A stretch of DNA of 64,000 nucleotides from Octopus bimaculoides (Eukaryota). The position numbers were made by a program, and so were the translations under genes. Shown here one piece after another: positions 13,591 to 25,478 of the stretch. The DNA is taken from positions 173,051,102-173,115,101 of the forward strand of contig NC_068981.1 in NCBI RefSeq assembly GCF_001194135.2, in the 5' to 3' direction. The stretch's first letter is position 1. Each line of letters begins with the position of its first letter. The notes below the pieces were generated by a model that worked only from the letters and a program-made list of their open reading frames with translations, ran no database searches and was not told the origin of the DNA.

Positions 13591-14559
13591 AAAACCTGTT
13601 AGCCCCAAGACCTCTTTAAAATATGGAGGAGGAAAAGCATCACTACTCAAAGGTCACAATTGGGGATTATCTCCCTTTGCTATTAGTCATTGACTTCCGG
13701 CTCTGCTACTATCCTATGGGTTCCAAAAAGCAAGCAGGAACCTCCTGAAGAGTAAGCATGGCTTGAAGATCTCCATTCTGGAGTTAAGGATGTTCTCTGG
13801 TTCAAGTGAGTCCTTTAGGATTCTCGTGTGTTCAGCTTTGCATAACTTGCAATGCTTCGTCCCTCTGATGTAGGGGCCTGAGTTCTTGAGGATTTTCCAT
13901 CAGATCAAGTATGGAATCCCATTGTCTCTTAATTGCCAGATGTGGCTGGCCAGTGATGTTACGTATATCCTTTCTGGAACTCTGAAGGAAGACCTGTGGT
14001 TGAAGAAACATTGCTTGAAAGAGTTTCCAGAGCATCCAATGTATCTTTGTGGGCATGTGTTGTCGGTGCTGTATTTGTATCTGCTGGTGTTGTTGTTGGG
14101 GCTGGAACTACTGGTATTGGTATCACTGGAGGTGGTGGTGGCATTGGTAATGGTATCACCACTGCCGGTGACGGTGAAGGTGCTGTTGTTGTTATTGTGG
14201 TCTTCATCATTGGTGGGAGACTTGCCATTGCTGCTAGAGATGTCATTAGCTGTGGTTCTGCTGGTGTTTCTGCTAGAACCACCATCGCTGCTGCTGCTGC
14301 TGTTGTCATTGCTGCCATTATTGCTGTTATTGCTGGCGGTAGCACCGTATCTGGGAACATCCTTAACTCTAAAACAGAGATTTTCAGGCCATGTTTACAT
14401 TTCAGGAGGTTCCTGCTGGCTTTTTGAAGCCTACAGGATGGCGGCACAGCTTGAAGTCAATAGCCAATAGCAAAAGGAGATAATCCCCAATTGTTACCTT
14501 TGAGTATTGATGCATTTCCTCTTCCATATTCTTAAGAGGTCTTGAGCCAACAAGTTTTT

Positions 14560-14619
14560 AGGATCTGATGGTATGCCATAAATCAACTCTTTATGGACAG
14601 GAAACCAAAGGTAATCCCA
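14560..14619 (+). ncRNA. Mutated hammerhead motif (inverted-arm copy)
   Basis: ggat-CTGATGG-tatgccataaatcaactctttatggacag-GAAA-ccaaagg-TA-atccc. This is the homolog of 13528-13590 with an A9-to-G core change, so it is probably inactive. Confidence 0.55.
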
Positions 14620-14629
14620 TAAACTGGTA

Positions 14630-14850
14630 GTATGGGTTGGACGATTTGACTGAGGACTGGTGAAATCAGATGGCTACACCAGGCTCCAATCTGATCTGGC
14701 AGGGTTTCTACAGCTGGATGCCCTTCCTAACGCCAACCACTCTGAGAGTGTAGTGGGTGCTTTTACGTGCCACCGGCACGAAGGCCAGTCATGCGGTATT
14801 GGCAACAGCCACGCTCAAAATGGTGTATTTTACGTGCCACCTGCACAGGA
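14630..14850 (+). repeat. Dispersed repeat with RTE-like 3'-UTR motif (ggatgcccttcctaacgccaacc)
   Basis: Related copies at ~525-720, 9810-10030, 10490-10595(-), 11465-11545, 16975-17086 and 21790-21840. Confidence 0.7.
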
Positions 14851-16109
14851 TCCAATGGATGTGTGTCTGTCTCCTTATCATCATCATTATCGTTATCATC
14901 AATATCCTTTTACAGTGACTTTCCATGTTGGCACTGGCTGAACAGTTTTCACAGTCTCTGTTAATTCTTATATTCTTATTCAGAGTTACTCTTCTCCTAG
15001 AACCCCGTGTCACTTCACTTTTAGTAAATGTCCTTCCTAACTCCAACCACTTTGGAGAGTGCACTGGATACATTTTATCATAGTATCAGTAGTAGAAAAT
15101 TTGCCAGGTCCTTGACAAGACTAAAGAGTTCTCTTTACTTGCCCATTAACTACTTAATGGAGTGTACTGAGTGTATTCTATTATGACACCACATTAGTGA
15201 AGTTGTCTTGTAACATGAAAAGCTAAAAAAGTCCTTGATACACTATGGTGTGTATATATAGACAAGGTAACATGTTCAAGAAGATGAGTGTAGGAGAGTG
15301 ATGACAGAAGTGACAGTACTGGTTAGTGAAGGTATGGAAGAAGAGAGTGATGGATAGTAATAGAGGCAAAATTAGACAATGGTAAGAGCCAGTGATATGT
15401 GTCAATAGGAAGTAGCTGAGGACTGAGGGAGTGATGACTAGCTGTAGAGAAAGGGTGAAGGTATAGATTATTTGGCACTTCCTACATTAGTTCACTAGCA
15501 AATAGTAAAAAAACAAAAAAAGTGAGGTGAATGTGAATTATGGATGTATAATAAATATGGATAGAGAAATGGGTAATAGGGATATAGGCAATAGGGACAG
15601 AAGCAATAAGAATTTGGTGATAATGAGAAAAGATGAGTTCTAGATGGATCATAAAATCAAATGCAAGAAGGTAACATTTTAAAGCACAAAAGAATTAGAA
15701 TATCAAAAGCTTGAAAGATCACAAACTCAGAATACTGAATGGTATTATATTAAAAAAATTATAAAGTCTGAATTCTGAAATATTACAAGGAAAGTAATAA
15801 AACTTTTACTACAGTTTTAAAAGGGAATTTATTTGAAAAACTTATTATAGCATATTTACTCCAAAATATTTTAAAGGTATTGCAGGAATACAATATCAAA
15901 GATATAAATGAAAACATAGATAGTATATTTATGGAATACTTCCATTCATTAAGTTCTTTCATATTTGAATGGTTTCTTTTTTTTCTTTCAATAGAAACAT
16001 ATTAAACAATCAAACGTCCAAATTTTGATAGACCACAGCAAAAAAGTGAAGGCAAAGGGAGATAAGCAAGAGCATAGGACTAATTTCTCTCTTGTACATC
16101 ATATTTGAT

Positions 16110-16400
16110 TCCTCTTATACCCAGATATTTTTCTCAGCTCATTTGTACTCAGTTGTTTATGCACATTGTTATTACATGTTACACATCCAGTGAAGCATGC
16201 TTGCTTCATTTCTTTCTAGTCATTGCAGGCCTTATACACTCAGAACCCATGCTTCAGTACTATGCAGTGTCATTGCTCATATACAAGTACCATACAATTT
16301 ACTTTTCATCCCATGGGAGAAATCCTTTGATACCAAAGTTGCTTGAACTTTCTCCAATCCATTCTTACTCTAGCTATTATACTTTCAGAATTTCCATTGC
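16110..16400 (-). mobile_element. RTE-clade LINE fragment (C-terminal RT/thumb region)
   Basis: SESIIARVRMDWRKFKQL and RNEASMLHWMCN-like segments match the RTE pattern 'ARiRigW.KFreLlP...rNEasMlRWMC'. A similar relic lies at ~18730-19050(-). Confidence 0.7.
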
Positions 16401-16417
16401 TTATTACCACTTTCACG

Positions 16418-16470
<53 letters not shown>

Positions 16471-17884
16471 CATATATATATCATTCAACCACTACCGTGG
16501 TTGAATATATTCCTAAGTCCACCATTTCGTCAGTCACAGCAGCTTCCAAGCTTCACCACTAATTCAGTCCTCAACTAAATTGCAAACTGTTAATAGTTTT
16601 AAAGAAGGCACCTCCTCAGATACACTTTGGCATGAATAATTTGAGATTTGGTTCAGTAGAAAAAAAACTACATCAAAATATCTGCAACCTCAAGGGGGGC
16701 AGTAAGGCAGATATTCATCTTCAATTAACATAAATTTTTTGATTTTAAATTAAAAGTATACTTTTCTTAGGCTTAAATGATAGAAAAATGCATGAGGAAT
16801 TCAGAATCGTTAGTTGCAATGAACAAAAATTAGTAGAAAAACAGTTATGAAGTAAAATATTACAAAATGTTGTGTCAGTAACAGGTGTAATAACCTGTCC
16901 TGTACTTTTCCAGGTTTATAATCTTAAGAATATTATTTTTCATGCTCGCATTTTTCCATGTAATCATCATCATCATCGTTTAACGTCCGCTTTCCATGCT
17001 AGCATGGGTTGGACGATTTGACTGAGGACTGGTGAAACCGGATGGCAACACCAGGCTCCAGTCTGATTTGGCAGAGTTTCTACAGCNNNNNNNNNNNNNN
17101 NNNNNNNNNNNNNNNNNNNNNNNNNNNNNNNNNNNNNNNNNNNNNNNNNNNNNNNNNNNNNNNNNNNNNNNNNNNNNNNNNNNNNNNNNNNNNNNNNNNN
17201 NNNNNNNNNNNNNNNNNNNNNNNNNNNNNNNNNNNNNNNNNNNNNNNNNNNNNNNNNNNNNNNNNNNNNNNNNNNNNNNNNNNNNNNNNNNNNNNNNNNN
17301 NNNNNNNNNNNNNNNNNNNNNNNNNNNNNNNNNNNNNNNNNNNNNNNNNNNNNNNNNNNNNNNNNNNNNNNNNNNNNNNNNNNNNNNNNNNNNNNNNNNN
17401 NNNNNNNNNNNNNNNNNNNNNNNNNNNNNNNNNNNNNNNNNNNNNNNNNNNNNNNNNNNNNNNNNNNNNNNNNNNNNNNNNNNNNNNNNNNNNNNNNNNN
17501 NNNNNNNNNNNNNNNNNNNNNNNNNNNNNNNNNNNNNNNNNNNNNNNNNNNNNNNNNNNNNNNNNNNNNNNNNNNNNNNNNNNNNNNNNNNNNNNNNNNN
17601 NNNNNNNNNNNNNNNNNNNNNNNNNNNNNNNNNNNNNNNNNNNNNNNNNNNNNNNNNNNNNNNNNNNNNNNNNNNNNNNNNNNNNNNNNNNNNNNNNNNN
17701 NNNNNNNNNNNNNNNNNNNNNNNNNNNNNNNNNNNNNNNNNNNNNNNNNNNNNNNNNNNNNNNNNNNNNNNNNNNNNNNNNNNNNNNNNNNNNNNNNNNN
17801 NNNNNNNNNNNNNNNNNNNNNNNNNNNNNNNNNNNNNNNNNNNNNNNNNNNNNNNNNNNNNNNNNNNNNNNNNNNNNNNNNNNN

Positions 17885-17920
<36 letters not shown>

Positions 17921-18010
17921 TATATATACATATATATATCAATGTAACCTCGTGGATATCGTTGGCGATTTTTTCTTCCTCCGTCTTTCCCTTCTTTGGA
18001 CTTTACTTTG

Positions 18011-18043
18011 TTTCTGACGAAGAGCTCCGCTCGAAACGTCAAA
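18011..18043 (+). ncRNA. Minimal type I hammerhead motif (PLE-type)
   Basis: ttt-CTGACGA-a-gagc(tcc)gctc-GAAA-cg-TC-aaa. It has an intact core, one extra A after A9, a 4-bp stem II, palindromic ACGT stem III and a GUC triplet. It sits in an ~190-bp repeat flanked by (AT)n. Confidence 0.8.
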
Positions 18044-18151
18044 TCCTCTTTCTTTCCTTTCCCGAGCGTCGAGTAACCCAATCTGTATCACGTCCTTATA
18101 TTGTTGTTTTTTGTTGTTGTTTTTTTGTCTTTTTCCTTTTTTGAACTTATA

Positions 18152-18192
<41 letters not shown>

Positions 18193-19129
18193 ACGTTAAA
18201 CAATGATGATGATGATGATGATATATGCAGTCTATATTGCACAGATAAATATCAACGATATGAAACTCAAGTAAAAATTGTTTTAATCTGTGCAAGGGCT
18301 GTGTCAGTATACAAACACTTTACTCTACAACTTTATTGAGTACAATTTTTTAAATTTTTATTCATAAAAAATTATTTTATAATCATCATGGTTTTATGTT
18401 TGTCTTTTAATTCTGGCTGTCATGGATAGCATCAATCAGTTCCAGCACAGTGACTTGTTACTCGTAATCTTCCATCATCTTTATTGTCAGGTCCACCATT
18501 CTGAGATCAGATATCACCACTTCTTTCCATGTCTGATTCGATTCAATGGTCTACTATAGCAGGACTACAAGGAGTACAAAATTTTTAGCAGTACAAAATT
18601 TCAACAACAAAAAAAAATTAGTAATGAGAGATAAAAAAGAAATAGTACACCTTTCCTGCAATACTTGCTTTGCCTAGGATGTTGGTAACTGGAGCCATGT
18701 AATTGCTTCAGTCTTCTTTTACAAGTTCTCTACACATGAATTGCTTGACACATCTTCACCTAACTATCGTTACCCATATACATTGTGTTCACTTATAATC
18801 TCTCTTGTACACTATAGCTGATTCCTCTAATGCTCATTTTTTTTTCTCTCAGTTCATTTGTGCCTCATTGCTTACACATGCTTACATTACTAGCAACTAG
18901 TAGAACAAACCTACTTAATTTCTTTCCAGTCTTTGCACATCATCTGCATTCATACCCATGTTTCATTAACATGCAATATCACACTTCGTATGCAAGTTTC
19001 TGCAAGCAGTGCAGTAAATGCATGACTGAAAAGTAAGTTGAAGCTAGAACCCATTCACAGTCTGAAAACAGTTTGATATCATTTACTATTGGATAGGGAA
19101 CAGATCTACTTGGCTGCAAAAGAGCGATG

Positions 19130-19220
19130 ACATTTGGACACCATCCACACTATCTTTGTTATATTCATCATTGTCATTGTCGTCATCATCATCACCATCA
19201 TTACCACCACTACCACCACC

Positions 19221-19251
<31 letters not shown>

Positions 19252-19791
19252 CCACCACCACCACTACCACCACCAACAACAACATCGTAATCATTATCAC
19301 CATTATCATCATCACCATCACCATCTTCTTCATTGTCCATACCATCATTTTCATCATCACATTCATCATCATAATCATCATTGTTATTAGTTTCCATCAT
19401 TATTTCCGTAATTGTTGTTATTCACATTAGCATTGCCACCTCATCACTAATAATTACCACACATTTTGCCCCCATCAATCATCACAATCAACTCACACGG
19501 CTCCACCTTTGCCATCACTGCTACTATCTCTACAATCTCTTCCGTGACCAACACCACCACCAAAACCACCACCACCACCACCACTATCTCTTCCATGACC
19601 ATCATCACATTAACGATAACTACCATCACATTGCCACCAGCAACTCTTCAATGAAGTACTAATGTTACAACAAAAACAACTATAACTACTACTACTGCTG
19701 CTGTTGCTACTGCTGCTGCAACTACTACTATGGGCTGCTGCTGTTGCTACTGCTGCTGCAACTACTACTACAGCTGCTGCTGCTGCTGCTG

Positions 19792-19824
<33 letters not shown>

Positions 19825-19870
19825 TTACTACTACTACTACTACTATTACTACTACTACTACTACTACTTT
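19130..19870. repeat. Compound trinucleotide microsatellite region (ATC/ACC/AAC/ACT/GCT)
   Basis: Direct inspection. It explains ORFs 19086-19997. Confidence 0.95.
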
Positions 19871-20691
19871 AACAACATTTAAAAAGAGCCTCACTGCTAT
19901 CACTTCACAGCCACAATCTATACCATCGTGTATAACACCGAGATTTATATCATTTCCACCACTGCTATCACCACCACAGCAACTACTATTGTTTTAAATA
20001 TCATTTGCTCCACGACCACTATCTCATCATCAAGCATCTTCATACCCACGTATACACATGATAGGATTTTTCATGTACCAAATTCAATTACAAGACTTCA
20101 GTCAGCTTGAGGCTATAACAGAAGATACTTGTCCAAGGTACCATGCAGTGGGACTGAAACCAAAACCATGTAGTTGAGAAGCAAGCTTCCTAACCTATAC
20201 AGTCGTGCCCGCAACTATCTATATATTCAATTCCTAGATTACCACCATCACTAGATTAAATACCATTTCTTCCTCCTCCTGCCCCACTGCAACCAGAGCT
20301 GAATTAAATATCATTTTCATTCCCAACCATTATTCTCATGGTAACTACGATATTAAATACCAACATAGGAGCCTCTACATGGCTGCTTAACTCACTAGAA
20401 AGAGCAACAAAATCTCCTTTAGTATGGTTGTGATTTAGTTAATGGGTAATTGATAATCAATAACATTTGTGGACTGCATGTTCAGTTGAGAATTAATAAA
20501 TAAAACATGATTTGTCACTACAAAATGCTGATATATAATACCACAATGATTCATAATTAGCAAGGACAGATTAAATTAAGAATATAAGAACAGCTTACAT
20601 GAGATTTACTGACAATAACTGTGTGATGTCTTCAGCTGTTACTAATATTTGAAGATAGAATAGAGAAGCCATTACATTCCAAAAACAATTC

Positions 20692-20830
20692 CATCAAAAG
20701 TGGCCAGCATATTAAAATACCTTTAAAGGTGAAAATTATAAACAATTATAAACAAGGGCAAAAGAAAAAAGATTTCTATGCTAATATGCTGAGAATAGAC
20801 TTTAAATCGACAACCATCACATTACAATAT
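20692..20830 (+). repeat. 139-bp exact duplicate of 22913-23051
   Basis: catcaaaagtggccagc...cacattacaatat is identical in both places. The second copy starts immediately after a 10-N gap. Confidence 0.9.
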
Positions 20831-21779
20831 TACCTCCTGTTGAATCTGATAGCTCTCTTTTTAGTTAGATTTTCCCCTTTTTTATATACCACCAGAAAAA
20901 AAAGTTCAAGAACATTCTATAAACCCTTTGGTGGGAAGATTTCAACTCACCATTTGATCTAATTAGTTGAAATATGAATGTGATGATTCACAATACACTG
21001 TCATCTCACTTTACTCCATCAAATTGCACCAGTCAGTCATAAAAAAAATTAAGTTGGATAATGTGATACAGGGTTCCATTGACAGTATGGTTGGACCTTT
21101 AATCATAGATTTACTAGATTAGATCTAAATTGGTGCTGAACATCAACAATATTTTATCCACCACTAACACTGTTAGACACCATTTCCTTCATCACAGAAA
21201 TTACTGTCATCATTCTCATAATTTTCTTCATTCATCCATGAGGGACAAAGAAGTCAAAATAAGCAATCAATCACCCATTTCATTAATGCTAAACATATTT
21301 AGATACTGAATTAACAAATTCCATTGTTGTAAGGAGTGTTACCTAATTTTCTAATAACATTACATTTTTTGTCAACTCTACAATGAACTGCCTCCACCAT
21401 GTGGCATAGAAAGTACTTCTACATGGTTATTTGTCCTGCTAGAAATAGAAACCACACCCTTCTGTCTTAAAACAACAAAGTACACATTTGATAATCTTGT
21501 CCAAGATTTGTTTTGATAAGAAAAAAAAAGGGATAGGTTATTCAAGCTTTGATATGTTTGATTATAGATTGATTCAGTTATGGTTGACTTAGGAACAAGC
21601 TAAAAGTAGAATACATCAGACAATGTGTTTATACATAAATTCAAGGACCTAATAGGATAGGATGCTCATATCTAAAAAGTCAAACATGGTAGGGTCATTC
21701 AATCAGGCTTGGCCTGAGGTTAAACCAACACCATGTAAAAATAAATATCATCATCATCATTACAAGAGCCAATCAGCAG

Positions 21780-22790
21780 CCTTGGCAATGATCCTGCTTG
21801 GATGGTGCATTTAGCGTTCCACTGGCATGAGTGCCAATCAGGCGGTACTGTCATCAGCCACATCAGCGATTTTGATTTTGATTTCACTTGCCTCAACAGG
21901 TCTTCGCAAGTAAAGTTTATTGTCCAATGAATGAGGGATACTCATAAGTACTCCACCCCCGCTACTGACTTGGTTCCCTAGGTAATGGAAGCTATCAGCT
22001 ACTTGTAGTTTTTCTCCCTGGAATGTGACAGAAGCTGTTCTCTGCACATTTTCAGTGTTTATAACACCTGAGCATTTTCCACATACAAAAACTATCTTCC
22101 CAGTTAACCTTCCTTTGATATTGCTGCACCTCTTATGTGTCCATATGATGTACACTGGGTACATCTTATGGAGTTTCTACCTACACCTTTTTTACAGATC
22201 AAGCAGAGCCATCTACCTGAAGGGATTTGTGGTTTGTCTGCCTTCCTACTTATTAAGACTTTGGTTTTAGCTAAATTGACTCTAAAGCCTTTTGATTCTA
22301 ATCCTTGCTTCCACACCTGAAACTTCTCCTCTAGTTCTGATAGTGACTCAGCAATTAGAGCAAGGTCATCAGCATAGAGGAGCTCCCAGGAGCATCCTGT
22401 CTTGAATTCCTCTGTTATTGTCTGGAGGACTATGATGAATAAGAGGGGGCTGAGGACTGATCCTTGGTGGACCCCTAACCCTACCCGGAATTCTTCACTG
22501 TACTCGTTGCCAACCCTCACCTTACTGACAGCATCCCTGTACATGGCTTGCACAGCTCTCACTGGTACAAACCCAAACTGCATCTCATCAAGACTGACTC
22601 TCTCCCTAATTAGTTGGGCTAAGACCCTCTCCGTGACCTTTATTACTTGATCCAACAACTTGACACCTCTGTAATTATTCGTATCTAAAGCGTCACATTT
22701 TCCTTTGTAGCAGTTGGTTACGGTGCTGCTACACCAGTCACCAGTCATTGGGTGTGACTCTTTCATGTATCACCTGGTTAACTATACAGG
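21780..22790 (-). mobile_element. RTE-clade LINE reverse-transcriptase relic
   Basis: ORF 22766-22104 contains NNYRGVKLL, QFGFVP, GVHQGSVLSPLLFIIVL, LLYADDLAL and RVNLAKTKV. It continues in other frames (CKKGVGRNSIRCTQC; VADSFHYLGNQVSSGGG) and has an internal deletion and frameshifts. Confidence 0.92.
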
Positions 22791-22857
22791 TGACTAGGCT
22801 ATAGCTGACATCGCCAGATATTTTGAGCATCTTTGCGGTGATTCCTGATTGGCCAGT

Positions 22858-22902
<45 letters not shown>

Positions 22903-23339
22903 NNNNNNNNNNCATCAAAAGTGGCCAGCATATTAAAATACCTTTAAAGGTGAAAATTATAAACAATTATAAACAAGGGCAAAAGAAAAAAGATTTCTAT
23001 GCTAATATGCTGAGAATAGACTTTAAATCGACAACCATCACATTACAATATACATTCACTATGAATACACGTTGTGCTGAAATCGAGGAAGGCAAGCCAA
23101 CAGAATTTTTTTTTTTAATGCGTTATTTCTATTTTGAATCAATTTCAGGATTAATCCCACGTATTCTCTACTGAAGAAGGAAAAATTATTTATATAATAC
23201 ATCTGTACATATGCCATATATATATATATACATATATATATATAGGGGGAGAATTCACACAAAAAAAACAAAAGATGAAGACAGGTGGTGTAGACAACAA
23301 ACAGATATATTAGTTTAATGCTCGGGAAGTGAAAAAGTC

Positions 23340-23373
23340 TTTAACGTTTCGAGCCTACGCCCTTCCACAGAAA
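23340..23373 (-). ncRNA. Decayed minimal hammerhead motif
   Basis: Minus strand: ttt-CTGTGGA-a-gggc(gta)ggctc-GAAA-cg-TT-aaa. It has the same architecture and downstream cccgagc as 18011-18043, but the core is altered. Confidence 0.5.
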
Positions 23374-25329
23374 GGAAAACAGAAAGAAACAAGGAGAGAA
23401 AATAAAGCATGTGTAGTGGCTAGTGATCTATCATGGCGAATGCATATATATATGCATACATCTCTCTCTCTCTCTCTCTTACTCACTCACTCACTCACAT
23501 ATACACTGTATAATACAATCGTATATAATACACTGATGTACAGAAGAGAGAAAATTAATCTTTAGACCATATTCCTAATATATTGGATAGATCTTTTGAC
23601 CCATTTTGATTATATATATAGAGAGAGAGAAGGGTAGTAAAGTAGATAAACACAGGATGCTTGTGATATAGATTTACATGGAGCACAAGATACAGATTAC
23701 GAAATAAAGAAAAACAGAAACCAAAACATAATAATAATGATATAAAGTCTTTAATATATATATCATAATTACGTTGATAAATATGCTGTAGTTAACTAAA
23801 TGCAGTATTTTGGGAGTGGGAGCAAAGCAATTAGCAAAAGAGCTTAATAAAAAAATCAAAAGATTTTGAGCGATTAATATACGCGATGATATACAGCAAG
23901 GCTAATGTGAAGAGACACTTGAAAGTAAAATGAGGCCACATATTGAAAATGTATAACAATTTGAAAAGACGCACTTGAAGAAGCCTCGAAGTAACTGTCA
24001 TTTTCTAAATAAAGCAAATATTTAACCCATTATTTCATTTCTGTATTGAATTAATGTTTTTTTAAAATTCGATATATTTATTTTTAAAAATACACACAGA
24101 AACGGCGAGAGGGGTTAGATAGATAGATAGATACATACATACATACATACATACATAGAGAGAGGGGGGAGGAGAGGGATATACACACACGTGAGAAGTT
24201 TACTGTAAACCAATTGGGTTGGAAAGCATACTAAAAAGACGGTAAAAAAATGTATAACTGACTTTGACGAACAAGAAGTACGAGTCGCGTTATTATCGAG
24301 ATCGCCACTGTACTCCAATAAATACCACACCTTGTGTGTATGTGTGTGTATGTGTGTTGTGTATGTGTGTGTGTGTTGTGTTGTGTGCGTGTGTGTATGT
24401 ATTGTGTGTGTGTGTGTGTGTGTGCGTGCGTGTTTATATATACACGTGAATGTGCTAACGGAAGAAAACAGTGTACCTCCACTCCAACCCCTTNNNNNNN
24501 NNNNNNNNNNNNNNNNNNNNNNNNNNNNNNNNNNNNNNNNNNNNNNNNNNNNNNNNNNNNNNNNNNNNNNNNNNNNNNNNNNCTTCTAATTTCTTCATTC
24601 TTTTACTTTTTTTCAGAAATTATTTTTTTCAAAATATGCGGCAAAATACGGAGATTATGATTAATGATTCTGAAAAAAATTTCCAAAAATATTTGTAAAA
24701 TTTCAATAATAAAAAAAAAAAATACACCCCCTTCCTCGCAGCGTATGGCTACTTTACTCAGAATTAGGGTTATGGTTACAGTTATGGTTAGGGAAAAAAG
24801 TAAAAAATGAAGAAATTGGGGAAGGAACAGGGGAAAATTTCAAAATGCCGATTTTTGGCAATTTTCCGGAATCTTCGTATCTGAAAACGGGGGTTTTTGG
24901 CAAAAAGCAAAAAAAATTGGGGAGGAAATGGGGTGGGGTACGGGAGGAAGTCTTTCCGAAAACGTACTATATGTAGTACAGTTTATTCGTTTGTAGACGA
25001 TGATTCACTCCGTTGACGAGGCAAGGATGAGAAACTTCGTTTCAACGGAGTGGCTCAAGTGCTTCGGATGAGTTCATTCACACATTCACACACATATTAT
25101 ATTTCATTTGTATATGTATATAAATTTATATTTATACATGTGTATATATATATATGTGTGTGTGTGTGTATATGCGCGTATACACATTTTATACATACTG
25201 AAACATAAGTTGACAGACAGATAGACAGACATGGATCAATTTGCGCGTATGTTTGCGTGTGTGTGTAAAAATGTATAGATATCTATATGTATGTGTGTGA
25301 GTGTATACATATATATATATATGTATGTA

Positions 25330-25363
<34 letters not shown>

Positions 25364-25405
25364 CATATGTATATATATATATATATATATACATACATAT
25401 ATATA

Positions 25406-25478
<73 letters not shown>

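Larger units (their letters stand above)
13520..14627 (-). mobile_element. 5'-truncated Penelope-like element (GIY-YIG endonuclease C-terminus) with inverted pseudo-LTR
   Basis: The minus-strand frame 14043-13714 reads YIGCSGNSFKQCFFNHRSSFRVPERIYVTSLASHIWQLRDNGIPYLI*WKILKNSGPYIRGTKHCKLCKAEHTRILKDSLEPENILNSRMEIFKPCLLFRRFLLAFWNP*, i.e. PLE GIY-YIG with one internal TGA. 13520-13799 and 14351-14627 are inverted repeats covering the ORF end and 3' UTR, and each holds a hammerhead motif. Confidence 0.9.

Noticed and set aside
13886-14470. Plus-strand ORFs of 194 aa and 143 aa (Leu/Val- or Gly/Ala/Val-rich, membrane-protein-like)
   Set aside because: They are antisense readings of the PLE low-complexity tract and endonuclease. 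The same applies to the plus-strand ORFs at 62037-62610.
12614-18295. Long ORFs of 260-370 aa in the track (also 51023-51929 and the X-rich parts of 61516-62545)
   Set aside because: They consist of N-gap translations and (AT)n/(GT)n repeats.
23934-23995. Thymosin-beta/WH2-like peptide HIENV*QFEKTHLKK
   Set aside because: It has an in-frame stop, the match is very short, and no downstream TETQEKN-like continuation is present; probably chance.
24750-24795. Telomere-like ttagggttatggttacagttatggttaggg
   Set aside because: Only a few degenerate units are present, inside an apparent dispersed repeat; it is not a telomeric array.
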